The notes: generated from the letters alone by a model not told the origin. A DNA stretch of 63,762 nt, filler included, from Reticulomyxa filosa (GCA_000512085.1; 21 parts of 21 records of this genome joined end to end with filler, not necessarily neighbours in it), one strand, 5' to 3'; shown: positions 27,503-38,151, numbered from the whole stretch's first letter. A program made the numbers and translations.

Positions 27503-29320
27503 ATGGGCATTCAAAACTTGTTGAAAGAGCTGAAGCCAGTGACACGAACTGCGCATATTGAAGAGTTCAAAGGGCAGCGAGTGGCGATTGATGCATCCGC
27601 CTGGTATGTTGTTCTGTGCGGACTAAATGGAACACTGTAATGTTACCAGAACAATGGAAAGACGAGGAGAAGATAGGGAAGGAGGGGATTTAAAATTTAA
27701 CAAAGAAAAATGAAGACAATTAAAAAATGAAAATCAGGCTTCACAGAGCGTGTTATGGGTGTGCACACGAATTGGCGCTGAACAAGCAGACTACCAAGTG
27801 AGCAAATATAAAATTGAGAAGAGTAAATTTTAAAACTCCAAATGACCAACAAAAATTCGGAACAAATCCGAACAATATTAAAAAAAAAAAAAAAAAGATA
27901 TTTAGATTTGCCAATGCGATTCATTCTAAGTATTCAGCACCACGGAATCGATGTTATTGTGGTATTTGACGGTGCACAATTGCCAATGAAAAAAGAAGAA
28001 GAAATTCGAAGAGCAAAGTTTATTTGACACATATATTTTTTCAAGTCTAATCCACCAAGAAAAAAAAAAAATGGACAAAACTAAAAAAAAAAAAAAAAAA
28101 AAGAAAACGTGAGATGAAAAGATTGGAGGGTGAAAAATTATGGAATGCAGGCGATCGAAAAAAATCATATGAGTGCTTTCAACAGAGCGTTAGAATCACT
28201 CACACTATGATCGAAACGTTTCAACAGCGATTAAAAACAGACAACATCCCATTTGTTGTTGCGCCTTATGAAGGTCTTTTTCCCATTATGTCATACTATT
28301 ACATACAATATATATATATATATGTTTATATGTATTGCTTAATGGATTGTCAAACAAAATAAATAAATAAGCGGATGCACAACTAGCTTATCTATTCAAA
28401 CAAAAAAGAATTGATTTTGTAATTAGTGAAGATAGTGACTTGCTTGTGTTTGGAGTGCAGAAATTGTTAACCAAATTCAATCGAAACAATGAGTTTCGCT
28501 CTTTGCATTGATATGCATGTTCTTATTTATTGTTAATGTCATTTTAATCAATATTTTTTTTTTTTTTTTCCCTTCTCTCCCTCCCTCTTTCTTCTGCTTG
28601 CACGCACACACACACACACACACTCTGTTTTTGGTGTTAAGAAATGGAACTGGACAATTTATTGATATGACGTTGGTCGCAAATTACAAATCTTGCGGCG
28701 ATAAAAATGACTCGAGTGATTGCTTCGTTCGACAAATTAAAAGCTTTACTCATCAAAAATTTGTTCAAGTGTGGTGACACACTACGTATACATATATGCA
28801 TGTACGTTAGAGTTTGGAGGCAATAAAAAGAGTAGGGAAAAATGGACACAATTTTAATTCACAGCAATTCCATAATATATAAAATGTATGTATGTATGTA
28901 TGTGTTTGTGAATAGTGCTGTGTTTTATCAGGATGTGACTATCTGGAGAGCATCAAAGGCGTAGGATTGCGAACAGCAGCAAAGTTGATGCGTTCGATGG
29001 AAAGTGTGACGACGATAATGTGGAAGTTAAAAGGGAAAAATGAAAAAGAGTTCCCAAAGACATATCCATTGGAATTTGAAAAGGCGGTGATGACATTTTT
29101 GTATCAATATGTATACGACTTGGACACAAGATCCATGGTAAGACTCAATGCACTAACCGACGACGCGTTAAGGCGTTATTCCGAACTTGTTCATAAATAT
29201 GCTGTTCCACAAACGAACGAGAGCAACCATGCGCATGATCTCCCTCGATCTCCGTGCTTGCGTGCAAATGATAACGCTTTGAATAGCATCGATTTGAATT
29301 TTTTGGGACCGTTTTGTTTT

Positions 29321-29355
<35 letters not shown>
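27503..29355 (+). CDS. EXO1: Exonuclease 1 (XPG/RAD2 family), multi-exon, 3' partial
   Basis: Exons translate to MGIQNLLKELKP...VAIDASAW, LHRACYGCAHEL, VVFDGAQLPMK, VAPYEADAQLAYL, ISEDSDLLVFG, CVLSGCDYLESIKGVGLRTA and FLYQYVYD. Most of the 5' part is missing from the ORF track. Confidence 0.93.
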
Positions 29356-30041
29356 NNNNNNNNNNNNNNNNNNNNNNNNNNNNNNNNNNNNNNNNNNNNT
29401 TAATTAATTAANNNNNNNNNNNNNNNNNNNNNNNNNNNNNNNNNNNNNNNNNNNNAAAAAAATTATTTGCAAAAAAGAAGCACAATGTTAAACCTCAAAA
29501 TAAACAACTCAAAAAAGAAAAAAAGTACAATATTAAAAAACATTATTATTTTGAATTTCTTTTTTTAAAAAAGAAGGAGTGATCATAGATCTCTTAAACA
29601 GCTTCAACTGTTCAAACAATCACAAAAAGCATAGAAGTGTTTTTTATTTTTGTTGTTATAGTCATTGTCTGTAGCGTTTATGAACAGGCTACATACCAAT
29701 GAACAAATAAATGAAAAAAATGTTCGTATTTTTACAAGAAATAGTTAATTAAAACAGATGAAACATTTTACAATTTTTCAATTACATCATCAATTGTGAA
29801 AAGATTTCCAACACAAGTTTGGATGACAAACAATCTGGAAATTACATACCACTTATATATTTTAAAGAAAATTTGAAATTTTTTCAAAGTATCAAATTGA
29901 ATAAAAAACAAAACACATAGCTAAGAGTGTAAATAGAATTTCTTTTTTTCAATGTCTAGATAAAATAAAAGGGAAAGACGTCTGAGTCATCATCCATTAC
30001 TCTTTGCAATGTCTGAAGTTTAAGCAAACATAAAACGAGAA

Positions 30042-30283
30042 ATGCACTCCTTCAAAGTGGAACTTTTAGGAGATACAGAAGTTGGCAAGACAAGTATCCT
30101 GACGTGTTTTGTGGAGAATACTTTCCAAGAAGCACAACAAGCGACAATAGGAGCAGCACTTCAATCGGCTGATATCGATGTGCCTTACGTAGGACCATCA
30201 AAATCAGAGACGATAAAAAAAAACAGAAGATAGTAGACATCACATGGCAAGATTACAAATCTGGGGCACTGCGGGACAAGAGC
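30042..30283 (+). pseudogene. Rab5-like GTPase N-terminal fragment, probable pseudogene
   Basis: FKVELLGDTEVGKTSIL and ATIGAA, then a stop/frameshift and LQIWGTAGQE (G3 Asp lost). No downstream part found. Confidence 0.7.
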
Positions 30284-31076
30284 AAAAAATAAAAATTACA
30301 AAAAAAAGTCTTAACTGCCAAGAAGTATATATTCCTTTTGTGGTATTGTAATAAATAACTAAACTAAACAACGCAAAATGGGTATAAGTCTTTTTCTTGA
30401 TCTATACCTTTCTTTTTATTTCATCATTACATTTTGGATAACTCCAGGTTTAAAAACAAACTTATAGCAAGACTAATTAACAGTTTAGATATTATAATTT
30501 TTGAAGTTATTATTCACTAGAAACATTTGTTTTTTTTTGCGTTAAATTATTTTTGTTTATTAGTTTCAAATATTTGCAATATCTGAATCTGTTCAATTAC
30601 ATTGCATTGCTGTGAAGAAACACTTCCTTAGGAGATTTACAAACAACAATTGCACAATTACATTAATGACAAAAACAGAACAATTTTTTGATAACACTCA
30701 AAATTTATAATATTAAATTGGTTAAAATGAATTGTAATTTGTGACTAATTTGTTTTCATCATTTTGACTTTATTATACAAGCAGTTAAATAATCTTTCTC
30801 AATATTTAACTTATTCAAGTTGCAGATATCACAAATCTCTTTTAATTTTCCTGATTATACTTTTCAAAAGAAATCTCACTAAAAAATGTATTTCTCGACA
30901 ATTTGATACTTCAACATTGTATCTACAAAACCTTTTGGCTAAATTTCTTTTTTGCGTGAAAAATAATGCTTATTAANNNNNNNNNNNNNNNNNNNNNNNN
31001 NNNNNNNNNNNNNNNNNNNNTTAATTAATTAANNNNNNNNNNNNNNNNNNNNNNNNNNNNNNNNNNNNNNNNNNNN

Positions 31077-31610
31077 ACTACTACTACTACTACTACTACG
31101 GCGACGACGACGATGAGCAGATTCAACATGGTTATCATGTTCTCCTTTTGCACTTGTACTCAAACTTGGAGTTAACCACGACACCCCGTTATCTTTGGCC
31201 AAATGCCACTCTGCTGACTTTCTCGTCGTTCGTAATGGCTCGTCGTCCCATTCGTTTATCACGTCTTCTTCTTTTTTCATTTGCTTTGCTCTTCTTTCCA
31301 CATCTAGCTCTTCCGATTGCCTTTGCACGGCGTTTGTAAGAAAACTTTCGTGCGCTTTTGCGACTTCCACTGCGGTGCAAGCAGTAGCAGCAACATCACC
31401 ATGGGACGCTGGAAGCGCTCCCGAACAGAACATCCTTGATAACATATTCTGCTGTTCCATTTGCTGACCTATCATTATTTGCTCCGGTCTTGAGGGCTTT
31501 GGTATCATGCCCAATTTCATGTAATATCGCATACGTAATTTCTCCGCTCTAGTTTCACCAAAGTGCTTCAGAGAAGCAGCTGAAACCATTTCATCAAAAA
31601 TTTCTCTCAT
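31077..31610 (-). CDS. Hypothetical protein, 3' partial
   Basis: ATG-initiated ORF with higher GC, open to the contig end. No family recognised. Confidence 0.5.
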
Positions 31611-32846
31611 TGTCTAACACAGTTAAGTTTTGAGTCTTCGTCATTGTTTTTTTATCGTTATTTTCCCCCCAAAAAAAAACAACAAGAAATATCATTGGAT
31701 TGATTGGCACAACATGCGAAAAGGAGAAAAATAAAAAAGACCTATATAACATAGGGGTGATATGGAACAATATCTTTGAAGGGAACTCAAGTTCAAAACT
31801 TATATTAAGTTATAAATGTGCTGAAGACCTTTCTTATACCTTCTTTCTATTAATTCCAATTTGCAAAAAGTTGTAGTTTAAAGCGTTTAGAACATTAGCA
31901 TAATATAATACGTCAAAATATTATCGTTTGAACGCCCTTGCGAGAATAGAAAATTGTTTTACATTTCTGTCTGGCCAATAAATTTTTATATTAGCATTTT
32001 TATGTGATGTATATTAAATATTGTTTTTATTTTTTATTCTATATTTTAAAATTAATATCTCTCTTACATTTCATTTCTCCGAACTATTTTTGATAATTGC
32101 TTGTAAATTTTAGTTTTTCCTTTTTTATTAACTTTTATTTTATTGCATGTTTCACTTTTCATAATCCACAAATAAAGCTTAATTGATTTCTTTATTGAAA
32201 TTAAACTTTTGTAATTTTCTTTGCCATTTGTTTGCAATAACTCGAACAGTTCTATCATTTCTAAATCATTACCTTTCACAAAACCATGTTTTTCCATTGC
32301 AACAAAAACCAAATGGAAATTCAAAGAAATTAAAAATAAAATTGATTAATTTGCCTAAACAAAAAATATAAATCAGTCACAATTTGTATACTAAACATTA
32401 GATATTGTTTTATCAGCTATGCATTTTATTAATTATTATTTTGTTTCGTCTGATGATTCATTTAGTTGATAATGTTGTCATCTTTATTGTTTATTTTTTT
32501 GGGTTCTCGAGTTTTTGTCATATATGCATTAGTCCAATCGCTTTTTTTTAGTAACGTTAATCTAAATGTATAATCTTATGACTGTTGCAAAATTTGAAAT
32601 ATTAACTTGGAAAAAATGGATCATTTAAATTGTTTTTAAAAAAAATTTAATTTGCACACCAAGACGTGCTAAACAAAAAAAGAATGTTGAAAGATACTTT
32701 TATTATTGTTATTGTATTTTACATAACGAAACAGAGAAAAAAAGAGCAAAACAGTCCATCCGAACAACACCGATTTTTTTCAGCTTGGAAAAAAAGGGGA
32801 CATTACAAAAAAATTATGAGATGTCAATACGTATATAAAAAAAAAA

Positions 32847-33730
32847 TTAACTACTATATTTTTTGAAAACCCATTCTTGGAAATTGTGTGTATCGCGAAA
32901 TCTCCAAAAACTGTCTGAAACAAGTGAAGAGATTTCTTGAACGACTTTATCAAAAACAAAAGCACATTGAGTGACTGTTTTAGAAGAGAAATGTTCGTGA
33001 TAGTTGGTTGTTAATTCTTGTCTCACCCGGAACGATATATTCAATTCATGATCGCCACCCAAAAGTACATACTTTTCACATAAGCGACAGCATTTTTGTT
33101 GAATATTGAGAACCTTATCATATACAATGGCGGAGTTGGGAATTTTTTCTAATGGCAGCTCAATGAATACATCATCCGGCGTTGTATCATCGCCAGTGTT
33201 TACCCTATCAAAGTGATAATACTGTTGAAATTGGGTCAGTTCGACTATTGCCAATACATTTTCCTTTTTTTTTTTTTTTTGTTTGTTTTATTTGTTTATT
33301 ATACGTATGTACGTTATATATATATACATATACATATATGTATGTGTATATTTTACTCCGATCATCTAGTGTAAGAAGATCACTATGGAGCATTGCTCTT
33401 TCCTTCCTGATGCTTTTTTTTTTTTTTGCGAGACTAAACATAACAACAGATGGAAGAAAAAAAAACAAGTAGTAAGCAAACCATTGAGAATTCTAACGTG
33501 ACATGTTGCATAAACAACTGGAATCCGTCCCAATCCGCCATCACTGCACGAAGTCCAATTTCGGACGCCTTCTGTTGTGACGGTGGGGGCTGTGCTAGTT
33601 GCTGCGGCTGTAACTGTCCGGATTGGTGTTGTTCATCTGTTGCTGGAGGGTCGTTTTCATCGGCAGATTCATCATTGTTCGGGTTTTTGAAAAGTTGTGC
33701 CAAGTACAGTTTGAGGCTAGTCTTTGATTT
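32847..33730 (-). CDS. RGS-domain protein, C-terminal part
   Basis: Spliced product reads GFQLFMQHVTLEFSM|ENVLAIVEL...KYVLLGGDHELNISFRVR...VFDKVVQEISSLVSDSFWRF, the RGS consensus. Intron 33264-33481. Confidence 0.85.
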
Positions 33731-33891
33731 GGCTTTATTTTTTTTTTTTTTTTTTTTTTTTAAGGTAGTATTTTTATGCACGTTATACGTTNNNNNNNNN
33801 NNNNNNNNNNNNNNNNNNNNNNNNNNNNNNNNNNNTTAATTAATTAANNNNNNNNNNNNNNNNNNNNNNNNNNNNNNNNNNNNNNNNNNNN

Positions 33892-34057
33892 TATGAATGA
33901 CCTTTGCTTCCTGCCTTGGATCTCTTATCTCATTAAAATAGTTTATAAAACTCTTATTGCTTGATGGCATATAACCTCTCTTTTGGTTTATACCTCTTGC
34001 TTCTACTTTCCTCTCTTTTTCTCAACTATTTTGTATTTATTTCATCCGATCGCCCTG
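33892..34057 (-). mobile_element. ISAs1-family IS, left end and transposase N-terminus
   Basis: Minus strand begins CAGGGCGATCGGATG (ISAs1-type terminus), then an AGAGG ribosome-binding site and ATG at 33970 giving MPSSNKSFINYFNEIRDPRQEAKVIH (F..I.DPR...KV.H motif). Not in the ORF track. Confidence 0.85.
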
Positions 34058-34223
34058 ATTTTGAGACCCCTTTTAGAGGGAAATGAATGACTCTGGCTTA
34101 ACTAACCCCCTCTGGGAGGTGCACAACTTCTTTAAAGGTTTGCAATACATATACAAACAACACTTAACTGAACGATAGGTTTTTCAAATTTTTAGGGTAA
34201 TTATCCGCAATGTAAAGGGATAA

Positions 34224-34394
34224 TTGCCATATTTTTTATATTATTTCTTGATCGTTACTATACTTGGTGTGCTAAGTGAGGAGCTAATCTTTGGAGTTGC
34301 CAGTTTCTTTGGTATAGGTGCAAGCGTTATAGGTGTGCTTGCTGGTATACTTTTATTGTATTGGTATTCATCAGACATTAAACGGGACGAATAA
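34224..34394 (+). CDS. Small 56-aa bacterial membrane protein (TTG start)
   Basis: AAAGGGA upstream; translates to MPYFLYYFLIVTILGVLSEELIFGVASFFGIGASVIGVLAGILLLYWYSSDIKRDE. Followed by a GC-rich hairpin. Confidence 0.5.
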   Translation: MPYFLYYFLIVTILGVLSEELIFGVASFFGIGASVIGVLAGILLLYWYSSDIKRDE

Positions 34395-34411
34395 GAATCT
34401 TAGGGGAAATT

Positions 34412-34435
34412 ATCCCCGTTGCAAACAGCGGGGAT
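34412..34435 (+). terminator. Terminator-like stem-loop
   Basis: ATCCCCGTTG-CAAA-CAGCGGGGAT, a 10-bp stem with one G-U pair, 17 nt after a stop codon. Lacks a clear U-tract. Confidence 0.35.
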
Positions 34436-34523
34436 TGTAACAATACAAACAACCACTTGACTTTACTTAGTTAGTTGAGTAAAAAGTAGTGAAAACTAGG
34501 TAGCTGAAAAATATAGGTGAATT

Positions 34524-35258
34524 ATGGCAAACATTGGTGATGAAGAAAAGAATACGAATACAATGGGGAAAACTGATAATATATTAAAAACAAAAGAGAA
34601 AACATTAGAAGAAGCTAATGTAGCGATGCAAGTTAAAGAAAAAGAGCTCAAAGATGCTAAAGAAGTGAAAGAATCTAAGGAAAAAGCGTTCAAAGATGCT
34701 AAAGAAGTGAGAGAATCTAAGGAAAAAGCGTTCAAAGATGCTGAAAAAATAGCAAAAGAAAAAGAAGCACTAGCTAAAGTGGCAGCAGTAGTGGCAAAAG
34801 CAGCAGAAGATGCCTTGAAAGAGGCTACAAAGGTGGTAAAATTAACAGAAGATGCCTTGAAAGAGGCTGCAACAATGGCAAAAGCAACAGCAACAGCATT
34901 AGAAGAGGCTGAAAAAGCGGTAAAAACAACAGAAGATGCAGTGGAAGAAGCTGGAGCACTTGCAAGGACAACAGCAACAGCAGCAGAAAATGCTCAAACA
35001 GTGGCAACAGCAACAGCAACAGCATTAGAAGAGGCTGAAAAAGCGGTAAAAACAACAGAAGATGCCTTTATAGAAGCTGAAAAAATAGCAAAGAAAACAG
35101 AAATAGCTGTAGTTCAAGCAAAGTTAGCGATATTAAATGCGGAAGATGACGTGCTGAATAGAGCAACAGACATAATGTACGACTTTATGGTAACAGAAGT
35201 AAATAAGTTTCTAGTGGATTCGTACAATAATGACCAACAAGCACATCAAGATTTATAA
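34524..35258 (+). CDS. Bacterial A/E/K/T-rich heptad-repeat coiled-coil protein
   Basis: Intronless 244-aa ORF with AGGTGA RBS, a 42-bp tandem repeat (KDAKEVKESKEKAF) and a duplicated ATATALEEAEKAVKTTEDA. Confidence 0.8.
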   Translation: MANIGDEEKNTNTMGKTDNILKTKEKTLEEANVAMQVKEKELKDAKEVKESKEKAFKDAKEVRESKEKAFKDAEKIAKEKEALAKVAAVVAKAAEDALKEATKVVKLTEDALKEAATMAKATATALEEAEKAVKTTEDAVEEAGALARTTATAAENAQTVATATATALEEAEKAVKTTEDAFIEAEKIAKKTEIAVVQAKLAILNAEDDVLNRATDIMYDFMVTEVNKFLVDSYNNDQQAHQDL

Positions 35259-35340
35259 TTTTAAACAAATAATGACTTATAAAATTTCATGACATTAAGG
35301 TTTATTGATATATTATTTATACAAATAAAAGGCGAGATAT

Positions 35341-37002
35341 ATGGCAAAAGAAGTTAAGGTAGAAGTATACGAAGAAGAAAGAGTAATTGATGCAAAAGTT
35401 CCAGATCTAAAAAAAGACATAAAGATAGCCAAGGCAAAGGTAGCATTATATGACAAGATGTTAAAAACTCTTGACGCAAAACTGGCAAAACTTGATGCAG
35501 AAATAAAAGAAAATAAGAGTCTAGAAACGGTTAAGACAGACTTAAAAGAGGTCACGACTGAAGTCGATGCAGAGATGAAAGAAGTCAGTGTAAGAATGAA
35601 AGAAGTCAATGCAAAGATGAAAGAAGCCAGTGCAAGGGTGAAAGAAGCCAATGCAAGGGTGAAAGAAGTTGATGCAAAGATAAAAGAAAGTAGTGCAAGA
35701 GCAGCCGTATACAATGAAATACTAAAAGAACTGAACGCAAACTTGGCAAAACTTGATGCAGAAGAAGAGAATGCGAATGTAGAACCAGTTAAGACAGACT
35801 TAAAAGAGGTTAATCTTAAAGCCAGTATAGATATAAAAAGTACATATGAAGCGTTAAAAGAAGGGGCTGACAAGAACAAGGTGCTGGAAAGCGTATGGAA
35901 TGAGGCACCGAATCCTCTAAGATTAGCGATTAGCTTACCATCAGATGAACCAGTGCAACCAACTAGCTCATGGAAAGAGGCACCGAATCCTCTGGAAATA
36001 AAATCATTTGAAAGTTCAGCTTCACTTGAAGAGAAAAACTTGGATATTAGTGGACAAGATTCATTCTTTATACAAGCATATATTCCTAGTACAGAAGATC
36101 TTAAAAGTTCATTTAGTTCAATACTGGGTGGGGTACAATCAGCTTATACTGCTTTCCACGATAGCAAGGCTTTTATACCTGTGAGTTCTGCTGTGTCTGG
36201 AGGATTAATAGCAGGTCTTCCTGGAGCAATTGTTACAGGCTTGGCAGGAGTGGCAGATGAAATAGCTATGTCGTATGGCTATACTAGTAAAGCATATATT
36301 GCCCCTACAGTTTTAAGTACAATGAGTGCATACAAAGCGGTTACGAAGCTATCGTCATTTTTATCAGGAAAAATTGAGCAAATAAACAAAGTAGCAGGTG
36401 ACATAACCCAATATAAAATTGATGCAGCTATTGCTCATGATAAGGATTACCAATTTATGGCAGATTATCATGACGGGTATGGGAAATTAATTGAAGAAGT
36501 TAAAGGAGAAGAAGGGCTTTTGAAGTTTGCTGAGAATCTAGCGAAAGTAGCTAGAGAAGATGGGGATACAGCAGGTTTGAAAGAGGCTACTACTGCTATT
36601 GCATATGCTGAAGAGCAACTAAGTAAAAGGGCTCCATGGATTTATGAAAACAGATTCGAAGAGTCTGCAAAGAAAATGGAAGCTATTAAGAATGGTTATG
36701 TTGAACAGCATGATGTAAGTGCGAATGTTGGTTTAGCTGCAGCAAGGCTATTTGGTTTTGACGAACAGTATGCCGATATGTTTTTAAAAGTATACAACGT
36801 GGCTTCTAAGGTTTCTAATGGGATAGGAGTATTGGATACAGTACTTAATTTCAATACCGAAAATGTATTAAGTGCAATTCCAGCTATATATACGGTAGGG
36901 AATGCTATTATGTCGTTTGCAACAGCTGCTCCAGTTGTATATGAAGAAATATACACTACTGCCAATCCATTGATCGTAGTGCATGATTTTTGCTATGCTT
37001 GA
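35341..37002 (+). CDS. Bacterial orphan protein: N-terminal coiled coil, W.EAPNPL repeats, hydrophobic Gly/Ala segments
   Basis: Intronless 553-aa ORF with AAGGCGAG upstream, 21-bp heptad repeats (KEASARV/KEANARV) and AVSGGLIAGLPGAIVTGLAGVA. Confidence 0.8.
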   Translation: MAKEVKVEVYEEERVIDAKVPDLKKDIKIAKAKVALYDKMLKTLDAKLAKLDAEIKENKSLETVKTDLKEVTTEVDAEMKEVSVRMKEVNAKMKEASARVKEANARVKEVDAKIKESSARAAVYNEILKELNANLAKLDAEEENANVEPVKTDLKEVNLKASIDIKSTYEALKEGADKNKVLESVWNEAPNPLRLAISLPSDEPVQPTSSWKEAPNPLEIKSFESSASLEEKNLDISGQDSFFIQAYIPSTEDLKSSFSSILGGVQSAYTAFHDSKAFIPVSSAVSGGLIAGLPGAIVTGLAGVADEIAMSYGYTSKAYIAPTVLSTMSAYKAVTKLSSFLSGKIEQINKVAGDITQYKIDAAIAHDKDYQFMADYHDGYGKLIEEVKGEEGLLKFAENLAKVAREDGDTAGLKEATTAIAYAEEQLSKRAPWIYENRFEESAKKMEAIKNGYVEQHDVSANVGLAAARLFGFDEQYADMFLKVYNVASKVSNGIGVLDTVLNFNTENVLSAIPAIYTVGNAIMSFATAAPVVYEEIYTTANPLIVVHDFCYA

Positions 37003-37030
37003 ACAACTTTTTAACGGCTTGCAGTAATCA

Positions 37031-37240
37031 CTAAATCACGATAGGCGAACTAATCTCCTTCTTGGCAAGTGTTTGTTTAATTTGTATTTCAATTTTATTT
37101 AATAAATCAAAGAATTTTTCTTTGTGCCATTAACATAGTTGCGTTATTTAATATTGGTTGTTTAACTTCAGGAGGCATATCTTGCGCACCTTGTAATGAA
37201 GTCATAAAAGCCTGCAGAGCTACTATATAAGCTTCCTGCT
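37031..37240 (-). pseudogene. 3' remnant of a bacterial gene, frameshifted and fused to the IS1595 remnant
   Basis: QQEAYIVALQAFMTSLQGAQDMPPEVKQPILNNATMLMA, frameshift, then KEKFFDLLNKIEIQIKQTLAKKEISSPIVI*. Confidence 0.4.
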
Positions 37241-37626
37241 GTTTTAGGAGCTATTCAACGTGAGGGCAATATTATTGCTAAAGTTGTTACCAATACTCAA
37301 AGTTCAATTATCAAACCATTTATTCGTGAGAATATTTGATTACTGCTCAAGTGAAGACTGATGAATATAGAGCTTATAACTCAGTTGCAAATATGGGCTA
37401 TAGTCACGCTACTGTAGATCATGGAAGAGGTAAGTATACCAAGGATAATGCTCACACTAACAATCTTGAGGGCTTCTGGTCTCAACTAAAAAGGTCTATT
37501 AATGGAACTTACCATTTTGTTAGTCCGAAGTATCTTCAGACTTATGTAAATGAGTTTGCTTTTCGGTATAATCACAGAAGTTCTGAGATCCCTTTGTTCT
37601 TTCAGATTCTTTTACGGGCTTTGTAG
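37238..37626 (+). mobile_element. IS1595-family (ISXO2-like) transposase remnant, 5' deleted and frameshifted
   Basis: AVLGAIQREGNIIAKVV...IRENI, frameshift, then TDEYRAY...VDHG...HTNNLEGFWSQLKRSINGTYHFVSPKYLQTYVNEFAFRYNHR. Confidence 0.92.
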
Positions 37627-37741
37627 ATAATTGGATAAGTTTATCAAAAAGAATTTTGTTAGCAGTGATTTCGTAAAGTTCTTTTTTAATAATCATAATA
37701 ATTTACCTAAATAATTTAAGATAATTATATCAAACAATTTA

Positions 37742-37894
37742 TTAATCAAAAACACATTTCTTCTGAAGACAAGTGCAAGAACTACTTATTGTGAGATCTT
37801 GACAAACAATTTTATAATTTAAACAACCTAATAAACCGCCATGATAAGAGCAGCAACCCTGGTAATAACCTATTTGGCAAGTTCCAATAGCCAT
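37742..37894 (-). pseudogene. Small Cys-rich bacterial protein, N-terminus cut by an IS4 insertion
   Basis: GCCSYHGGLLGC...VCQDLTISSSCTC resembles the GCCSxHGGV...CxDG small secreted protein pattern. The first ~17 aa of the ORF-track protein come from the IS end. Confidence 0.55.
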
Positions 37895-38051
37895 ACGCGT
37901 CAAGTTAAGGAGAAGAAAGGAATTAGAATGGCCTATATCAGGCAAATAATATAAGTTCTCTTAGGTAACTAACTAATAAGAGAACTTATAAATGAGAAAC
38001 ATAGATTTCATATCAAAGACTATCAAGGAATTTTTCAATCAACTGGCGGAT
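37892..38051 (+). mobile_element. IS4-family (IS231-like) IS, left end and transposase start
   Basis: Terminus CATACGCGTCAAGTTAAG resembles the IS231-type CAT....TCAA.TTAAG end. ATG at 37992 gives MRNIDFISKTIKEFFNQLAD, running off the contig. Confidence 0.65.
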
Positions 38052-38151
38052 NNNNNNNNNNNNNNNNNNNNNNNNNNNNNNNNNNNNNNNNNNNNTTAAT
38101 TAATTAANNNNNNNNNNNNNNNNNNNNNNNNNNNNNNNNNNNNNNNNNNNN

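Noticed and set aside
34058-34130. Possible group II intron 5' end or riboswitch (minus strand GTGCACCTCCCAGAGGGGG...)
   Set aside because: It does not match GUGYG, has no domain V/VI or RT, and I recognised no riboswitch consensus.
34650-34745. 42-bp tandem repeats as a CRISPR array
   Set aside because: They are in-frame coding repeats without unique spacers, and no cas genes are present.
33792-38151. Bacterium-to-eukaryote HGT island between the RGS and THUMP genes
   Set aside because: Both sides are spacers, so no physical linkage to host DNA is shown.
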